The position numbers and the translations under genes were made by a program. A stretch of DNA of 51,030 nucleotides from contig NC_069002.1 in NCBI RefSeq assembly GCF_001194135.2, positions 14,670,353 through 14,721,382 on the forward strand, given 5' to 3'. The notes under the pieces are model-generated. The model was not told the origin of the DNA, made no database searches, and saw nothing but the letters and a program-made list of their open reading frames with translations. This stretch comes from Octopus bimaculoides. Taxonomy: Eukaryota. Positions 23,861 through 36,564 of this stretch are shown piece after piece; the stretch's first letter is position 1, and each line of letters opens with the position of its first letter.

Positions 23861-24197
23861 CATGGAACGGCTAACAACTAAACTGTAAATCCCACAATTG
23901 TTGTTGCTTGGCCAGATGTCCGCTCTGACTGAGCAGACCTGTAATTGAAAGCGTCCCAGCTGCAATAAATAACTTCATTAGAAACTTCTTTAGCTGAAGT
24001 GTCTAAATTTTTATGACATTAGTGGGTAATTTTGGGGGAGAAGAATTGGTTGCTATTTCTCTGCGATCAATTAAACTCGTAGACCTTTTTTGGTTAGTTC
24101 GTATGGATCACGTTAAAATACGACGTCACAATGGTTCGCCTCTTAACTCTGTGAGTTCAACTCCGGTCGTAGTTTTCTTTCCTTTTATAATTCTGGG

Positions 24198-24240
24198 GAC
24201 CTAGAATATTACCATGTTTGCCATGGTAATATTCTAGGTC
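24198..24240. repeat. Perfect inverted repeat, 19-bp arms with a 5-nt loop
   Basis: gacctagaatattaccatg-tttgc-catggtaatattctaggtc. Confidence 0.95.
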
Positions 24241-24769
24241 TCTGTTTTTATGGACTGTCGTGAGTTTAAGCTGTGTTCGCCATTCTGTCGGATTAATCAT
24301 TTGTTAATTAAAATATTTATCCCATTCAGCTAAATAATTAATATTTGGATCATAACTTCGTCTCGAATATAATGAAAGCCAACTTATTGGTGGTGTATAG
24401 ATATATTTTAATGATGATAATTCCCTTGAAACTGTGTAAGTCATTAATAAAACCATAGAATAAATTAGCGTCGGATGTTGTAGTCGTTTCGCTAGTCTTC
24501 TGTCGATTCTCATGACACAGAATTTTTGCTAAATTAATTGGAGCTGAGATCGTCACAAGAATACTGTGGTCATTACGTATTCTTATTTTTATGACTAATT
24601 AATCTGGTGATTAAGGACTGCGTTGGTAACCCTTACATGTTTTAAATACTTCCGACTCTACTGGAAAGAAGTGAAAAGGTTATTCTCAAATCAGACACCG
24701 AGTCGAATTCTCTTCTGGGGATACATAAAATAGTAAGTGGTGGTGTTCAACTGGGTACCATACTATGTC

Positions 24770-25065
24770 TTCTACCTAAGGACTAAGAAAGTAAAGAAGT
24801 CGGGCAAATAACGCAAGGCCTTCTCATCCGGCGTTCCAACATGGCCACTTCGTTCAACACTAATAATTCTGCCGACCCACGGGTGAGTAGTACCTGTACT
24901 TCAAAGGTCCAACCTTGTCACATTCTATATTATACTACTGAGTCTCTTTGAGAACTACGTTAAGGGTATACGTATCTGTGGAGTGCTCAGCCACTTGCAC
25001 CTTAATTTACGAGTAGTCTGTTCCGTTGATCGGATTAGCTGGAACACCAGCCGTCGTAGCCGACA
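24770..25065. mobile_element. Unclassified interspersed repeat; its end is shared with 8155-8215
   Basis: ctgttccgttgatcg.at.a.ctgg.ac.c.catcgtcg occurs at both sites, each next to a microsatellite. Confidence 0.45.
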
Positions 25066-25147
25066 CACACACATGCACTCGTACATACATACACTTACAT
25101 ACATACACACACACATATATATACACGCAAGCACATATACACATACG

Positions 25148-25194
<47 letters not shown>

Positions 25195-26387
25195 GTACAC
25201 ACAAATATGAATAAATCATAAGCTTACTACTATGATATATATAACATCATTTTGACTTCGTTTCACAAATAACAAATTAAAAAGTTGAACTCCTGCGGAA
25301 CCCGCTAGTTTGTATAATTTCTATCTAACTCAATGTATTGATTCTTCCTCAGCTAAATTGATGTCATTTAGTACATTTTCCAACTCGTCTAGAACATTGT
25401 TAGAACGAAAGACAGCATGAATACGCAAAAATCAAAATGGTGCATGCATATCGCGTCATAATTTTGCACTGAAAATATTCAGTTTTGTTTTCTTTTGATT
25501 TTTATTCACTCATATGTGTATCATTATCATCATCACCATCATTTTGGCCCACCGGCTGATCGAATCGTGCTTCTGTCTATAAATTGGAGATATCGATTGA
25601 ATTTTGGTTTCAATTCTTGTTGCGTTTCTGTGCGTTCTAGTGGAGAGAGGAGAGAAAAAAAATTCTCTGACAAATAAAACTGATGAGTGTTGTTGATGCT
25701 GTTGTTGTTGTTGTTGTTGTTGTTGTTGATGCTGTTTTCATCGTGTTGTTTTTGTTGTAATTGTTGTTATTGCTGTCGTTGTGGTCCTTAACTTTTATTT
25801 AGATTTAGCCTCGGGTCTGCTCTGAAGAGAACTCCAACAGTGAGCCTCATTATCTCCCTTTTGCTCCAGACACAATAAAGCGATAATTAAAGTACCTTAG
25901 AGGTTCGACTTTGAGACACGAATTGAGGGAGGTTTGCTTATAATTTCTAGAAGTGAGCGCGAACATGACGTATCTATCTCGACATTAATGTACTCGTTCA
26001 TTGTCTAAGAGCCTAGGTGTTATTTTGAAAACATTACTTGCAAGTTCTAGCAAATAAAACGACCACACACAGGCTCTGTCGTCGCACCAGATTCCTTCCT
26101 CATAGAACATAGAATTAGAAAGATTAGACAATAGTTGGAAGATGAAAATCCTAACAGCCAGTTTCCCTCCCTGACTTCAAACCTTTATTTTAGACTTAAT
26201 TGCCTTTTCAGAAACAAAATTCGTACCCCACTAATTGGTGAGCAAACTAGAGCTTCATAAGCCAAACACATTTGGATTATATCAGTTTAACATCAGTGAC
26301 ACAGTGCAGCAATTCCCTGGCATCTAGTTCAATTTTTTCTCGATCGACCTTGTAGTGTGATAATGTTCTATTAAAATGCAGAGGAAC

Positions 26388-26453
<66 letters not shown>

Positions 26454-27739
26454 AACAAACAAACAAACAAACAAAGAGAGAGAGTGAGAGAGATTTTACG
26501 TGGTTGTTTCATCTGTAAGAAAAAGCACCAAACTCCTGCAAATAACATCCTTATATGCAAAAAGAAAAAGGGATATATTGGTTACTGAAGTTCTAAATAA
26601 ACAATGCTTGAAAAGCTAAAGGAATGATCATGGTGGGAATATCTTAGAAAATAGGGCAGTCGATATATCCTTATGACTTGATAGGGAAAAAAACCAACAA
26701 CATCCACAACAAATATGAGTCAACGAAGAACCAATCCCATTCTTTTTCCCTCGCTGTTGAAGATAGACGAAGTGAGCATCGCTTTTCTGAGACTATGAAG
26801 TCTCGCAGATGATATCGAAAGTAATTATACGACATATTCCGAGAATAGCTTAAAATACCTGAATAACAGCGGTCATTCTACAATTCTTCTCCATTTCATT
26901 ACATATGTGTGTGTATGTGTGTGTGGGGGGAATAAACATAAACAGAGAAACAAGTTTTCATAAAGCTGTCATTAGTTAACGCTTAAAAAAAAAGGGGGGA
27001 AAACAGAAAAAGGGAAAAACATCATTGACGTTTCGGACATTTTATTCTTCAACAGAAATAAAAAATAAAATAAGAGAGAAGAATGGTGGAAAGGAGGAAG
27101 GAGAAAGAATATATATATATATATANNNNNNNNNNNNNNNNNNNNNNNNNNNNNNNNNNNNNNNNNNNNNNNNNNNNNNNNNNNNNNNNNNNNNNNNNNN
27201 NNNNNNNNNNNNNNNNNNNNNNNNNNNNNNNNNNNNNNNNNNNNNNNNNNNNNNNNNNNNNNNNNNNNNNNNNNNNNNNNNNNNNNNNNNNNNNNNNNNN
27301 NNNNNNNNNNNNNNNNNNNNNNNNNNNNNNNNNNNNNNNNNNNNNNNNNNNNNNNNNNNNNNNNNNNNNNNNNNNNNNNNNNNNNNNNNNNNNNNNNNNN
27401 NNNNNNNNNNNNNNNNNNNNNNNNNNNNNNNNNNNNNNNNNNNNNNNNNNNNNNNNNNNNNNNNNNNNNNNNNNNNNNNNNNNNNNNNNNNNNNNNNNNN
27501 NNNNNNNNNNNNNNNNNNNNNNNNNNNNNNNNNNNNNNNNNNNNNNNNNNNNNNNNNNNNNNNNNNNNNNNNNNNNNNNNNNNNNNNNNNNNNNNNNNNN
27601 NNNNNNNNNNNNNNNNNNNNNNNNNNNNNNNNNNNNNNNNNNNNNNNNNNNNNNNNNNNNNNNNNNNNNNNNNNNNNNNNNNNNNNNNNNNNNNNNNNNN
27701 NNNNNNNNNNNNNNNNATATATATATATATATATATAGT

Positions 27740-27960
27740 TCACAGAAAGCGGGATATATTGGTTACTGAAATTCTAAATAAATAATGCCTGAAAAGACGA
27801 AGACAGGTGAAGAAACAACAAGCAGATGTATTAGTTCTAACGCTCAGGAAGACTGGAAAAGTCTTTGACGTTTCGAGCCTACGCTCTTCTACAGGAAGGA
27901 CTAAGAGGGGCGAACGGAATGAGAATGAACAAAAAAAAACGGAGAGAGAAAGAAAATGTA
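27740..27960 (-). mobile_element. Penelope-like element tail next to (TA)n; partial duplicates at ~26566-26620 and ~27020-27110
   Basis: ggatatattggttactgaa.ttctaaataaa.aatgc.tgaaaag is repeated at ~26570 and ~27752. ttgacgtttcg...tcttc.acag occurs at 27025 and 27865. PLE assignment rests on the hammerhead-like motif. Confidence 0.5.
27863..27898 (-). ncRNA. Minimal hammerhead-ribozyme-like motif (PLE type, variant core)
   Basis: Minus strand reads CTTC CTGTAGA A GAGC-gtag-GCTC GAAAC GTC AAAG. This gives a core-like CUGNNGA, a 4-bp stem II, GAAAC directly followed by GUC, and 3 of 4 stem I pairs. A6 is replaced by U. Confidence 0.45.
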
Positions 27961-28059
27961 TGGGGATTAATGGTCCAACGTAATGAAATGGCCAGAAAGA
28001 AAAGGCTATGTATGTATGTATGCATGTATGTATGTATGTATGTATGTATGTATGTATGT

Positions 28060-28355
28060 ATTGTCCAATTTTCAGCTGCCTCTGTAACGAAACCTGCTGC
28101 CAAGTTCCTCATATATCTGTAAATTATAGATTTTTCTATCCTCACTTAAACGATCTAATACAGGTCAACGCCCGATGTATTGCAAGGCTTTTAAAAACAG
28201 CTATCAACACTCTCCTGTGACGTGTCTATATATTTCACAAAGAAGTGGTCAACTATTTTCTGCGCATTTCAACACAAAATGATAAAGTGCTACAAATACG
28301 AAAACTCTTAAATCGAATTATCAACACCAGAAATGGCATAGCTCCAGCCACATCG
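28060..28355 (+). repeat. Unclassified ~300-bp repeat, copy 1 (follows (TATG)n)
   Basis: Collinear similarity to 30147-30415 (gccaagtt, tctgtaa.tta, tcacttaaac.at, cgtggtcaa, atcgaattatcaacacca.aaatggcata). Confidence 0.7.
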
Positions 28356-28630
28356 AAACATCGAAACGTATCTCCGTAATAAATTCGCGAATGGCATAAC
28401 TCCAGCCAAACCAAACCAAACCAAACCAAACCGGTTTGTATGTGTATTTCATTGTGTATGTGCAAGATGCCAATCTCCTGTTTTAATATATACACTCGGG
28501 TCAGTAAAAACAACTGCAAGAACAAATAACAATATTCCTTTTGCGTTTTATTTTATTTGAGATGACGGTTACTAGGTGTGCTGTGGTGAATGTCTAAAAA
28601 TGTAATAAATGATTTGTTTATAATTTCGTA

Positions 28631-29056
28631 TAAACACTTTTGTTATCTTATTTCTGTTGAAATACATTTCCTTTGTTTCAATTAAGTTTGAAAATAAGGA
28701 AGAATTTAGTAAAATAACAGTCATTAATTTGGTCAATCGAACCATAGATCTTAATGTGAGATTTGAATCTCAATCACCTTAAAACAGGAAGTTTGTACGA
28801 GATAACCAGATACATTCTTAAGAGAGTTATTACCAAAGGTTTTAACCATTTTTGTAACCATATTCCTATTGAAGTACACTTCGTTTTAATTAAGTTTTTA
28901 AATAATGGAAAAATTTTACTGAAATAAGCTGGTATTCGGATCATAAATTAACATAAAATTTTGATGGGAAGTTTAATTCAAATATATTAAAAAAAAAGAA
29001 ATTTTGTGTGACAGAACTAGGGGCAATCTTAGATAGACTGGTAACAAATGAACTAA
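28631..29056. mobile_element. Two tandem TTAA-type MITE copies sharing the TTAA at 28842-28845
   Basis: Copy 1 runs taaacacttttgttatc...accaaaggtt|ttaa; copy 2 runs ccatttttgtaacc...ggtaacaaatgaactaa. Both resemble 14640-14867. Confidence 0.5.
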
Positions 29057-30064
29057 TATTTGAGCATCATTATTAACGTGATATTAAAAATTATGATAAA
29101 TAAATCAAAGTAATCGATAGTTTTCTCTATTCTAAGTTTCTTCTAATTTTTTAAACAATAATGTTATTATTTGATCTCCATTGTAAAACTAAGCTATGGA
29201 ATAAATAGTCACTAATACTCAGGCTACTCCAGATATATTTGTGGGTCTAAATGTTAACACGTTGAAGCTAGGGCCTTCTTACAGTCTCCGCCTGGAATGG
29301 GAACACGGTCTTTTCAAATACAAATTCTCAAATACAAAGTAAAATAAAGTCTAGCACTATCTCTTTCAAATTGTCTTTATTGTTACTCAGATTATTCATA
29401 AAACATTTTTCGTATGTCGGAAAAGAGAGAAATGACGAGAAGTCTGGCATCAAATGAAGACCATTTCAGGATTGGCCAAAGATGATGTCGTTCCACAACA
29501 ATGTACAGAAGCAATGACCTGCAGGAAATAGAAATTTGAGATTTAGGTTTGTCTGTTTCTTTCTCATTTGTAACGCCAATTTAGAGTAGAATTCGCCAGT
29601 AATTTTCATTCTATTTCCCGTAAACTTAACCTCAATTATTTAATTCCAAAAGAATTCTGAACGTAAGTGCTTTGCGATGAATGTTCGACATACGAGTTTT
29701 TTTTATTATTATTACATTGGTTGTTAAACTTCGTCAATGATTGCAACTCTTGCAAACTCCTTACCATTTTCTGCAGTTGTTCTATCACTTCTCGATTCAT
29801 TGTTTCAGCAATATATTGTTACAATGCAATGCCATTCATCATCATGACCTTGTAATTCATATAATATGTTAAAGCTTGCTTCTCTCCTCCGAACAAAAAC
29901 TGTTTTGCACTTCAACATTCAGTGGTGTTATTTGGCATTTCGTAAAAAAAAGCAATAGCATTTAAAAAATAAAATTGTAAACCTGTTTAACCAGATGTTA
30001 CAACTCACGTCTATTTCTAATGGTTAAAACCAAATAAATAAACATTTATTTAGTTCTCGTGCGC

Positions 30065-30146
<82 letters not shown>

Positions 30147-30415
30147 CGTTTGCCCAAAGTTTAAACTAGTTTTCTAACAAAATTGACCGCCAAGTTGCTT
30201 GAAATCTGTAATTTATTAATTTCTCTATTGTCACTTAAACAATTTCCTAGAGGTCGATGTCCTGATTGCAGAGATTGTAAAACGAACCGTCAATGTTGTT
30301 ACGTGATATATCAAATGTTTTCAGCGTGGTCAAATGTTTTGTGCCCATTTTGAGACAAAGTTAAAATACTGAAGTTCTTAGATCGAATTATCAACACCAC
30401 AAATGGCATAACTGA
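30147..30415 (+). repeat. Unclassified ~300-bp repeat, copy 2 (follows (TG)n)
   Basis: See copy 1. Confidence 0.7.
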
Positions 30416-31001
30416 CTAAAATAAAATGTATATCGGTTACAATTCCTTCATTCATAAAAGCGTCTTTCTTTTTATATTAAATAAACTAGCTTCGCTTTTG
30501 TAGCGAGACTCTTTTAAGTCATGTCAGTTGAGCATTAGTGCACTGTATGTGCACTGGATGTAGCATAATCACTTAGCATTAACTGTCTTTCAATATTGAT
30601 TTCGTATTTTCACTTTACAAAAGCCCGGTGTTATACAATTGAGAAAATTGTGTTTTAGTGATGTCTGTATTGGTCAAAAGTATTAGCGACGGCAAAAGTT
30701 TAAAATAAGAAAATTGCAAAGTAGAAATGAAAATGGTTTTGTGTATCAGGTCATCTGTATATTTCTTATTCTTATCGGTAAGAACCAAAATTATCGAGTT
30801 GAAAAAGTATAGACGTCAAAATCACAATGGCTGATTTTGATGTCGTGCCTCGACGCTGCTGCACTCTGTTCGTATTAGAAATATGAAACGTCCAAATAAC
30901 CCAATCTTTGTAACTGGCAGAACATACAACTAAAACAGCGGAACATATTTTATGTTCTGAAGAAATGTATAAGAATCTATGTGTGTGTGTGCATATTTAG
31001 T

Positions 31002-31225
31002 GGAAGCGCGTGGCTTAGTGGTTAGGGTGTTGGACTCATGATAGTAACACTGTGGTTTCGATTCCTGGACTGGGCGATGCGTTGTGTTCTTAAGCAAAAT
31101 ACTTCATTTCACGTTGCTCTTGTCCACTCAGTTGGCAATAATGAGTAATCCCGCGATAGACGGGCATACTGTACAAAACCCGGGAAACTAGTCTTATGAG
31201 ACTATAACGAATCAGGAAGGATTTT
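31002..31225 (+). mobile_element. MetaSINE-like element (tRNA-derived head plus Meta-like central domain)
   Basis: Head gcgcgtggcttagtggttagggtgttggactcatga...ggtttcgattcct, followed by gtgttcttaagcaaaatactt..gctcttgtccactcag. Family assignment is from recalled similarity. Confidence 0.65.
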
Positions 31226-32301
31226 TATCGTATTTATCCTATGTGTGTGTATTTATGTGATTGTATATGTTTGGATGAGCTTAAATTTAACAATGTCTGA
31301 ATGTGAGCAGCAGCCCACATCTATCTACGTCCAAACATATTTCCTGATTTCATATGTTCTATAACCATACTGTGTTGCCATTATACGACTTTGATGCGTC
31401 TTGTGTTCAAGATGTGTATGGACCATTTAGTTTAAAATGAAAGCTAGAGTGACGCCAAACCAGATTTTCTAGTATAATTTTAATGTTTATTTCAGTGATT
31501 TTCTTTGTTTTCTACTTGCAATGATTTAAGGGACAACAGAAATCCCACAGATTCCCTAATTCCTCTTCTCTACGATATAGTGTAAATGTTTCTAACCAAA
31601 GTTAAACCGATGTTCACTCAGGTATTTCAACCCTCAGTGTTTCGATATCCCACAAAATAGATATTACTGTGTCTCTCTTCAGATGTGGGACATAAGATAC
31701 CAGTAATCTACAGTGATTGATTCAGTCTATTTTACCTCTTCTACAGATATTGGATAGTAGATCTTCTAGCATTTACGGATTTAACTTCCCTTATATCACT
31801 ATCAATTAGTTTGGCCTCGAAATATGAGGTAAAATTCGCCGTTAATAGTAAAACTTTTTTGATAAGATCTCGATATGAAGGAGAAGCTTAAGGACAATCC
31901 TCTCCCAATTGACTAAAGAATTTCTACTCCACCTTCTCTCTGCTAAAGACGACTCTCCTAGCTAAGACACACCGAGGATAATAACAGGAGTGGGGGCGAA
32001 CAGATGGGATTACAAAACTGGCCCAGTTGTCTGGGAATGTCATGACACAAACTAGACAATGGAACACTGTCTGGTCTGCTCTTTGTTACACGCCTTCTGT
32101 AACTCAAGAAAACTTGCAGACTTCTACAGAAATGTAAAGACTTATGTGATGAAGTACCAAGTTGTTATATAACCAAAGTACTCGCTCTGAAGAAACGACA
32201 ATGGAAGGACTAGTTTCTATTTTGTTAAACAAAACAGATATTTCTTTGCTCTGGAATTGATCTAAACATTTCTCTCTTAACAAATATTTGGTCTGTTGTT
32301 G

Positions 32302-32529
32302 ATATTCAGCCCATATAAGGTGGTGAGCTGGCGGAACAGTTAGCATGCCGTGTAAGATGCTTAGCGGCATTTCGTCCGTCATTATGTTCTGAGTTCAAAT
32401 TCTGCTGAGGTTGACTTTACCTTTCATCCTTTCGGAGTCGATAAAATAAGTACCAATTTAGCCGGCTTAACCTCTCCCCCGAACTTGCTGGCCTTGTGCC
32501 AAAAGTTGAAACCAATATTCAGCCCATAT
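32302..32529 (+). mobile_element. SINE family A (tail type 3) with a perfect 15-bp TSD
   Basis: atattcagcccatat at 32302-32316 and 32515-32529. Confidence 0.9.
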
Positions 32530-33058
32530 GTATCTTGTTTGGTCAAATCCCTAACTACTGCAACCATCCCATCTTTCTATGGCCATGAAAGATTAAGGTT
32601 AGAATTTTACAAAGCGGGTGCTATTGCCCCTAGTGTAGGGAGAATGTAACATTTTATGTAGATATTGGGGACCAAACTAGTTTCAATTTTTAAGATTTTG
32701 TCATTTACTAAAAAATATAGACTTTAAAGAACATTAAATGTAATATTATAATAAACCGCTTGTTGCCATCACCACTATTCGTCCAATATTCGCTCACTGT
32801 TCCCGGAACTAAATTCCTCTGACATGTTATTTCGTGTATGTACATTAAAATATGTTGTACATGTCTTACTAAAAGAAAAGGAGCGGTAATAAAAAAAAGT
32901 TTGAGAAGTACTAAAACCTCTTTCACTTTTTAAAGATAATAGAATCGTTTTTGGTGGATATTAGCCTGCTATTTTTAGTTGATCGAATGATTGTGTAGAG
33001 GCGCCTTTGTTAACTCATGTAATCTCTACTTTCCATTCACTAAGTGCAAAGTCAATAT

Positions 33059-33360
33059 GTACAGGGTGCAACAGAAAAACCTCACGTATTTTATACGGCC
33101 ATTGGTGTGGTTCTACTAAACTTAGACAAAAGATAGTAGTGTTTTTGTGTAGCTAATACTTTATAGTTCTTTTTTCTTTTAGTGACCATCCTGGTTTGAA
33201 CCGGTGCATACTGCGTGTTTCCTGGTGAAATATTTATCAACTAGTAAAGCGAGGCAGGTTTTCTTTGCTTTGTGTTTTGTAGTTACGAGAAATGTGAAGT
33301 AAGGACGAAAGGGCACAAACAATGAATTTGGAGTGAAGTGAGTTAATTCAGGATTTCAAA
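33059..33360 (+). mobile_element. Probable Tc1/mariner 5' end (non-coding)
   Basis: TA|CAGGGTG start typical of these TIRs. No transposase remains. Confidence 0.4.
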
Positions 33361-34647
33361 CCTTATATTCTTGCCGGGGTCTTACCTCGTACAAAACTGT
33401 GAGCGTCAACACAAAAAGAGAGAAAATAGAAAAGTAAACTTCAATGGAATTTGTGCTCTGAATGCAGAGACGTAAAATATTAATTGCTTATCTGCTACTC
33501 CATCGTTTTTACGATGATAGTAATAACAATAAGGATCTTTATGTTCTGAGTTCAAATCTCGGCGAGTTCAATGTTAGCTTTCATCATTTCGAAGTAGATA
33601 AAAACAAAGTACTGGAGTCGATTGCTATTATATACCCTTGACTACACGATTGAAATTACATTAGAAGACAACACAAGTTGATGATGGTGCTGATGGTGAT
33701 GATGACGATGATAGTGGCGATGGCGTTGGCAATGATATCAACAATGATGACTACAGTAACTGATAGTGTCAACGACGATGATGACGATGATAATAAAACA
33801 TAAATGTTTAACTATTGAATGTTCTTACAAATTTCAATATCCTGCCACAAAGAATAGGAAGACGTTTAAATGAAGGGTTTACACACAGTATTTACAAAGA
33901 AATACGAAACTACTGCTGAAAATATAACATTAAATAAAAACAGCATTCTATTTCTTTTGTCTCAATCTAAATTGAAGTCGATATTTGTGGTTTAAAATAT
34001 TCTCCACTGATTTTGTAATTATTTCCGTCCATCTATTTTAATAGGATTTCGTAATATTTTTCTTGCTCTGGCTTCTATCAGTGCTGTTATTGTTGTAGCT
34101 ATTTTTCTTGTTTTTCGTGTAACTTCCGTTATTGTTTTGTTCTTGTTAATATTTTTATTGTTTTGTTTTGTTCATATTTTTAGTTATTATCATTGCTTGT
34201 CGTCTGCTTTCTTCCAATTATTTTCTTTTCTTTCAGGTGTTGATTTTCTTCGTTTACACTTCTCCGCCTCTTTCTTCTTCATTTTCTTCGTTTTATTTCT
34301 CTTCGTCTACACCTGCATTTCCTATCCTCCTCCTCTTCTTTTTGTTTTTCTTTTTTGTCCAGTCCTTTTATTACTATATTTTAATTTTTTTTCCGCCATA
34401 TTATTGCTGCTCGCCATATCGTCCGTTTCCTTCCTTTTGCGTTCTCAGTTCAAATTCTTCCCACATACGACGTTAGCTTTTAAAACCATCCTACTCCGAA
34501 AAATAAGTAACAGTGACATACTGAGTTCGATTTAATCAATGCCATGCACATACTGAAAGGAAAATCAGAGATTTGACAAGACAACCGAATTATCCTCTAG
34601 GAAATCGATCCACCAGCTAAAAATAACCGACAAACGCCCAACAAGTG

Positions 34648-35215
34648 TGACTCCCTCAATTACCCCTAGGTATTTGTAGCTCTCCGCTAATTCTAACTCT
34701 TTTATGACATTCTGCTGGTCAAGGTTAACGTTAAATGTTTCTGTCATTTTTCCTTTGATAAAGGTAGCATTTGCGCATTTATCGAGGCCAAATTGCATCC
34801 TGCTGTCATCACTGAATTGTTTAACAATCGCTAGTAAGCCCTTGAGTTGTTGGTCATTTTTAGCAAAGAGCTTTAAATCATCAATGTAAATGAGATGATT
34901 TATATTTTTATCAAACATTTTATAACCGTATTCTGCATCATTGAGCAATTTTGAGAGAGGTATTAAGGCTAGACAAAAGAGGAGTGGTGATAGTGAGTCA
35001 CACTGGAAGATGCCATATAAAATTCTTACATCACCAGCATTTAAAGATTTATTGTCACTGTTCAAAATCAGTGTGGTTCTCCATGCTTACAGACAAAACG
35101 TTTCGCAGAGTAGGAGCTATTTTATACATATCCAGACATTTCATAATCCAGCTATGCGGTTGGCTATCAAAAGCTTTTGTATCGTCTATCCAGGTTATTG
35201 ACAAGTTTTTGTGTC

Positions 35216-35217
<2 letters not shown>
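34648..35217 (-). mobile_element. R4/Dong-clade LINE RT fragment
   Basis: RHKNLSITWIDDTKAFDSQPHSW, GIFQCDSLSPLLFCLAL, NHLIYIDDLKLFA, MQFGLDKC, SYKYLGV. It starts directly at the (TAA)n tract. Confidence 0.9.
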
Positions 35218-35290
<73 letters not shown>

Positions 35291-35292
<2 letters not shown>

Positions 35293-35964
35293 GACGGCGC
35301 ACAGTATACAATATCGTGAGGTAGTTGATTGAAGATATTGTGTCTACTGGGGGTTTGTACTGTTTGTGAAGTCACGACAAGGACCTCAGACAGACAGCGC
35401 TTAACGCAATACGCGCGCAGTTCCAAGTAATGCCGACTTTTGCAATACACCTAGATTGTAGGGTATTTCTAAGGTTTTCAGATGTTTTTTTTTTTAGGTT
35501 GGGGGATATTGAACCCAATGCTCCGATGACTATAGGGATAACATCTATGTTCGACTCTTTTAGCTGCTACATCTTAGCGATCTCAATTCTCAGGTCTCCA
35601 TATTTATCAAACTTTTCCCTTTCTTTAATGATGATATATTGATCTCCTGGCACTGCCACGTCAGTTACTAGGCACTCTTGTTTGTCCCTCATAAAGGTTA
35701 CTATATCCGGCCTTCGGTGCTCTAATACCTTGTTTGTCTGGAGTCAAAGCCCCAGAGGGTTTTTGCCTTCTCCTTTTCGTCCATTACCTTTTCCGGTGTA
35801 TGTTGGTACCAAGCACCCGTAACCTCACATCCATACTTACGGCATAGTAGGCAGTGGAGGTTTTTGGCTAGCTTGTGTTTGCACTTGGTACTCTTTCTGC
35901 GCAAGACTTTCACAAGCACTAACAACATAAGTCACGCTTTCCATCCTCTTCCCACACATTCTGC

Positions 35965-35966
<2 letters not shown>
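35291..35966 (-). mobile_element. R4/Dong-clade LINE 3' fragment (CCHC finger plus restriction-like endonuclease plus 3' UTR)
   Basis: Across frameshifts: CRMCGKRMESVTYVVSAC, LCRKYG, WYQHTPEKV, RRPDIV, DVAVPGD, KEREKFDKY, VIPIVIGALG. The 3' end runs into (TAA)n 35218-35290. Confidence 0.88.
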
Positions 35967-36008
<42 letters not shown>

Positions 36009-36267
36009 AAGTAGTATTTGTTTTGTGTTCAAATCCTGAGAGATCAACTCGGGACTTGTTTTTCATCGTTTCTCTGCCGATAATATTAAGTACTCGTCAA
36101 CTACTGAAATAAATGTAATCGATTAACCGTCTTCTCTTAGAATTACTGACCGCCTTGTGACCGAATCAAGAACCATTATTACAAGGTCAGCAGATTGGAA
36201 AACTCGTTGGAGCGTCGGACAAAATGTCTCGCGGGATTTCTTCCGGTTGTTTACATATCGATAATAT

Positions 36268-36382
36268 GAATGATGATGACGACGACGACGATGACGACGA
36301 CGATGATGATGATGATTAAGCAACAGTAACAGCAGCGGCAGCAGCAGCTGTAGTAGTAGTAGGATTATTATTATTATTATTA

Positions 36383-36443
<61 letters not shown>

Positions 36444-36505
36444 TACTACTACTATTATTATTATTATTATTAGTAGTAGTAGTAGTAGTAATAGTAGTAG
36501 TAGTG

Positions 36506-36564
<59 letters not shown>

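Noticed and set aside
29400-29545. Strong minus-strand acceptor (ttctatttcctgcAG at ~29521)
   Set aside because: No good donor follows and no frame gives a recognisable peptide.
31500-31980. Possible degenerate minus-strand coding remnant
   Set aside because: Stop density is close to random for AT-rich DNA and no motif is recognisable.
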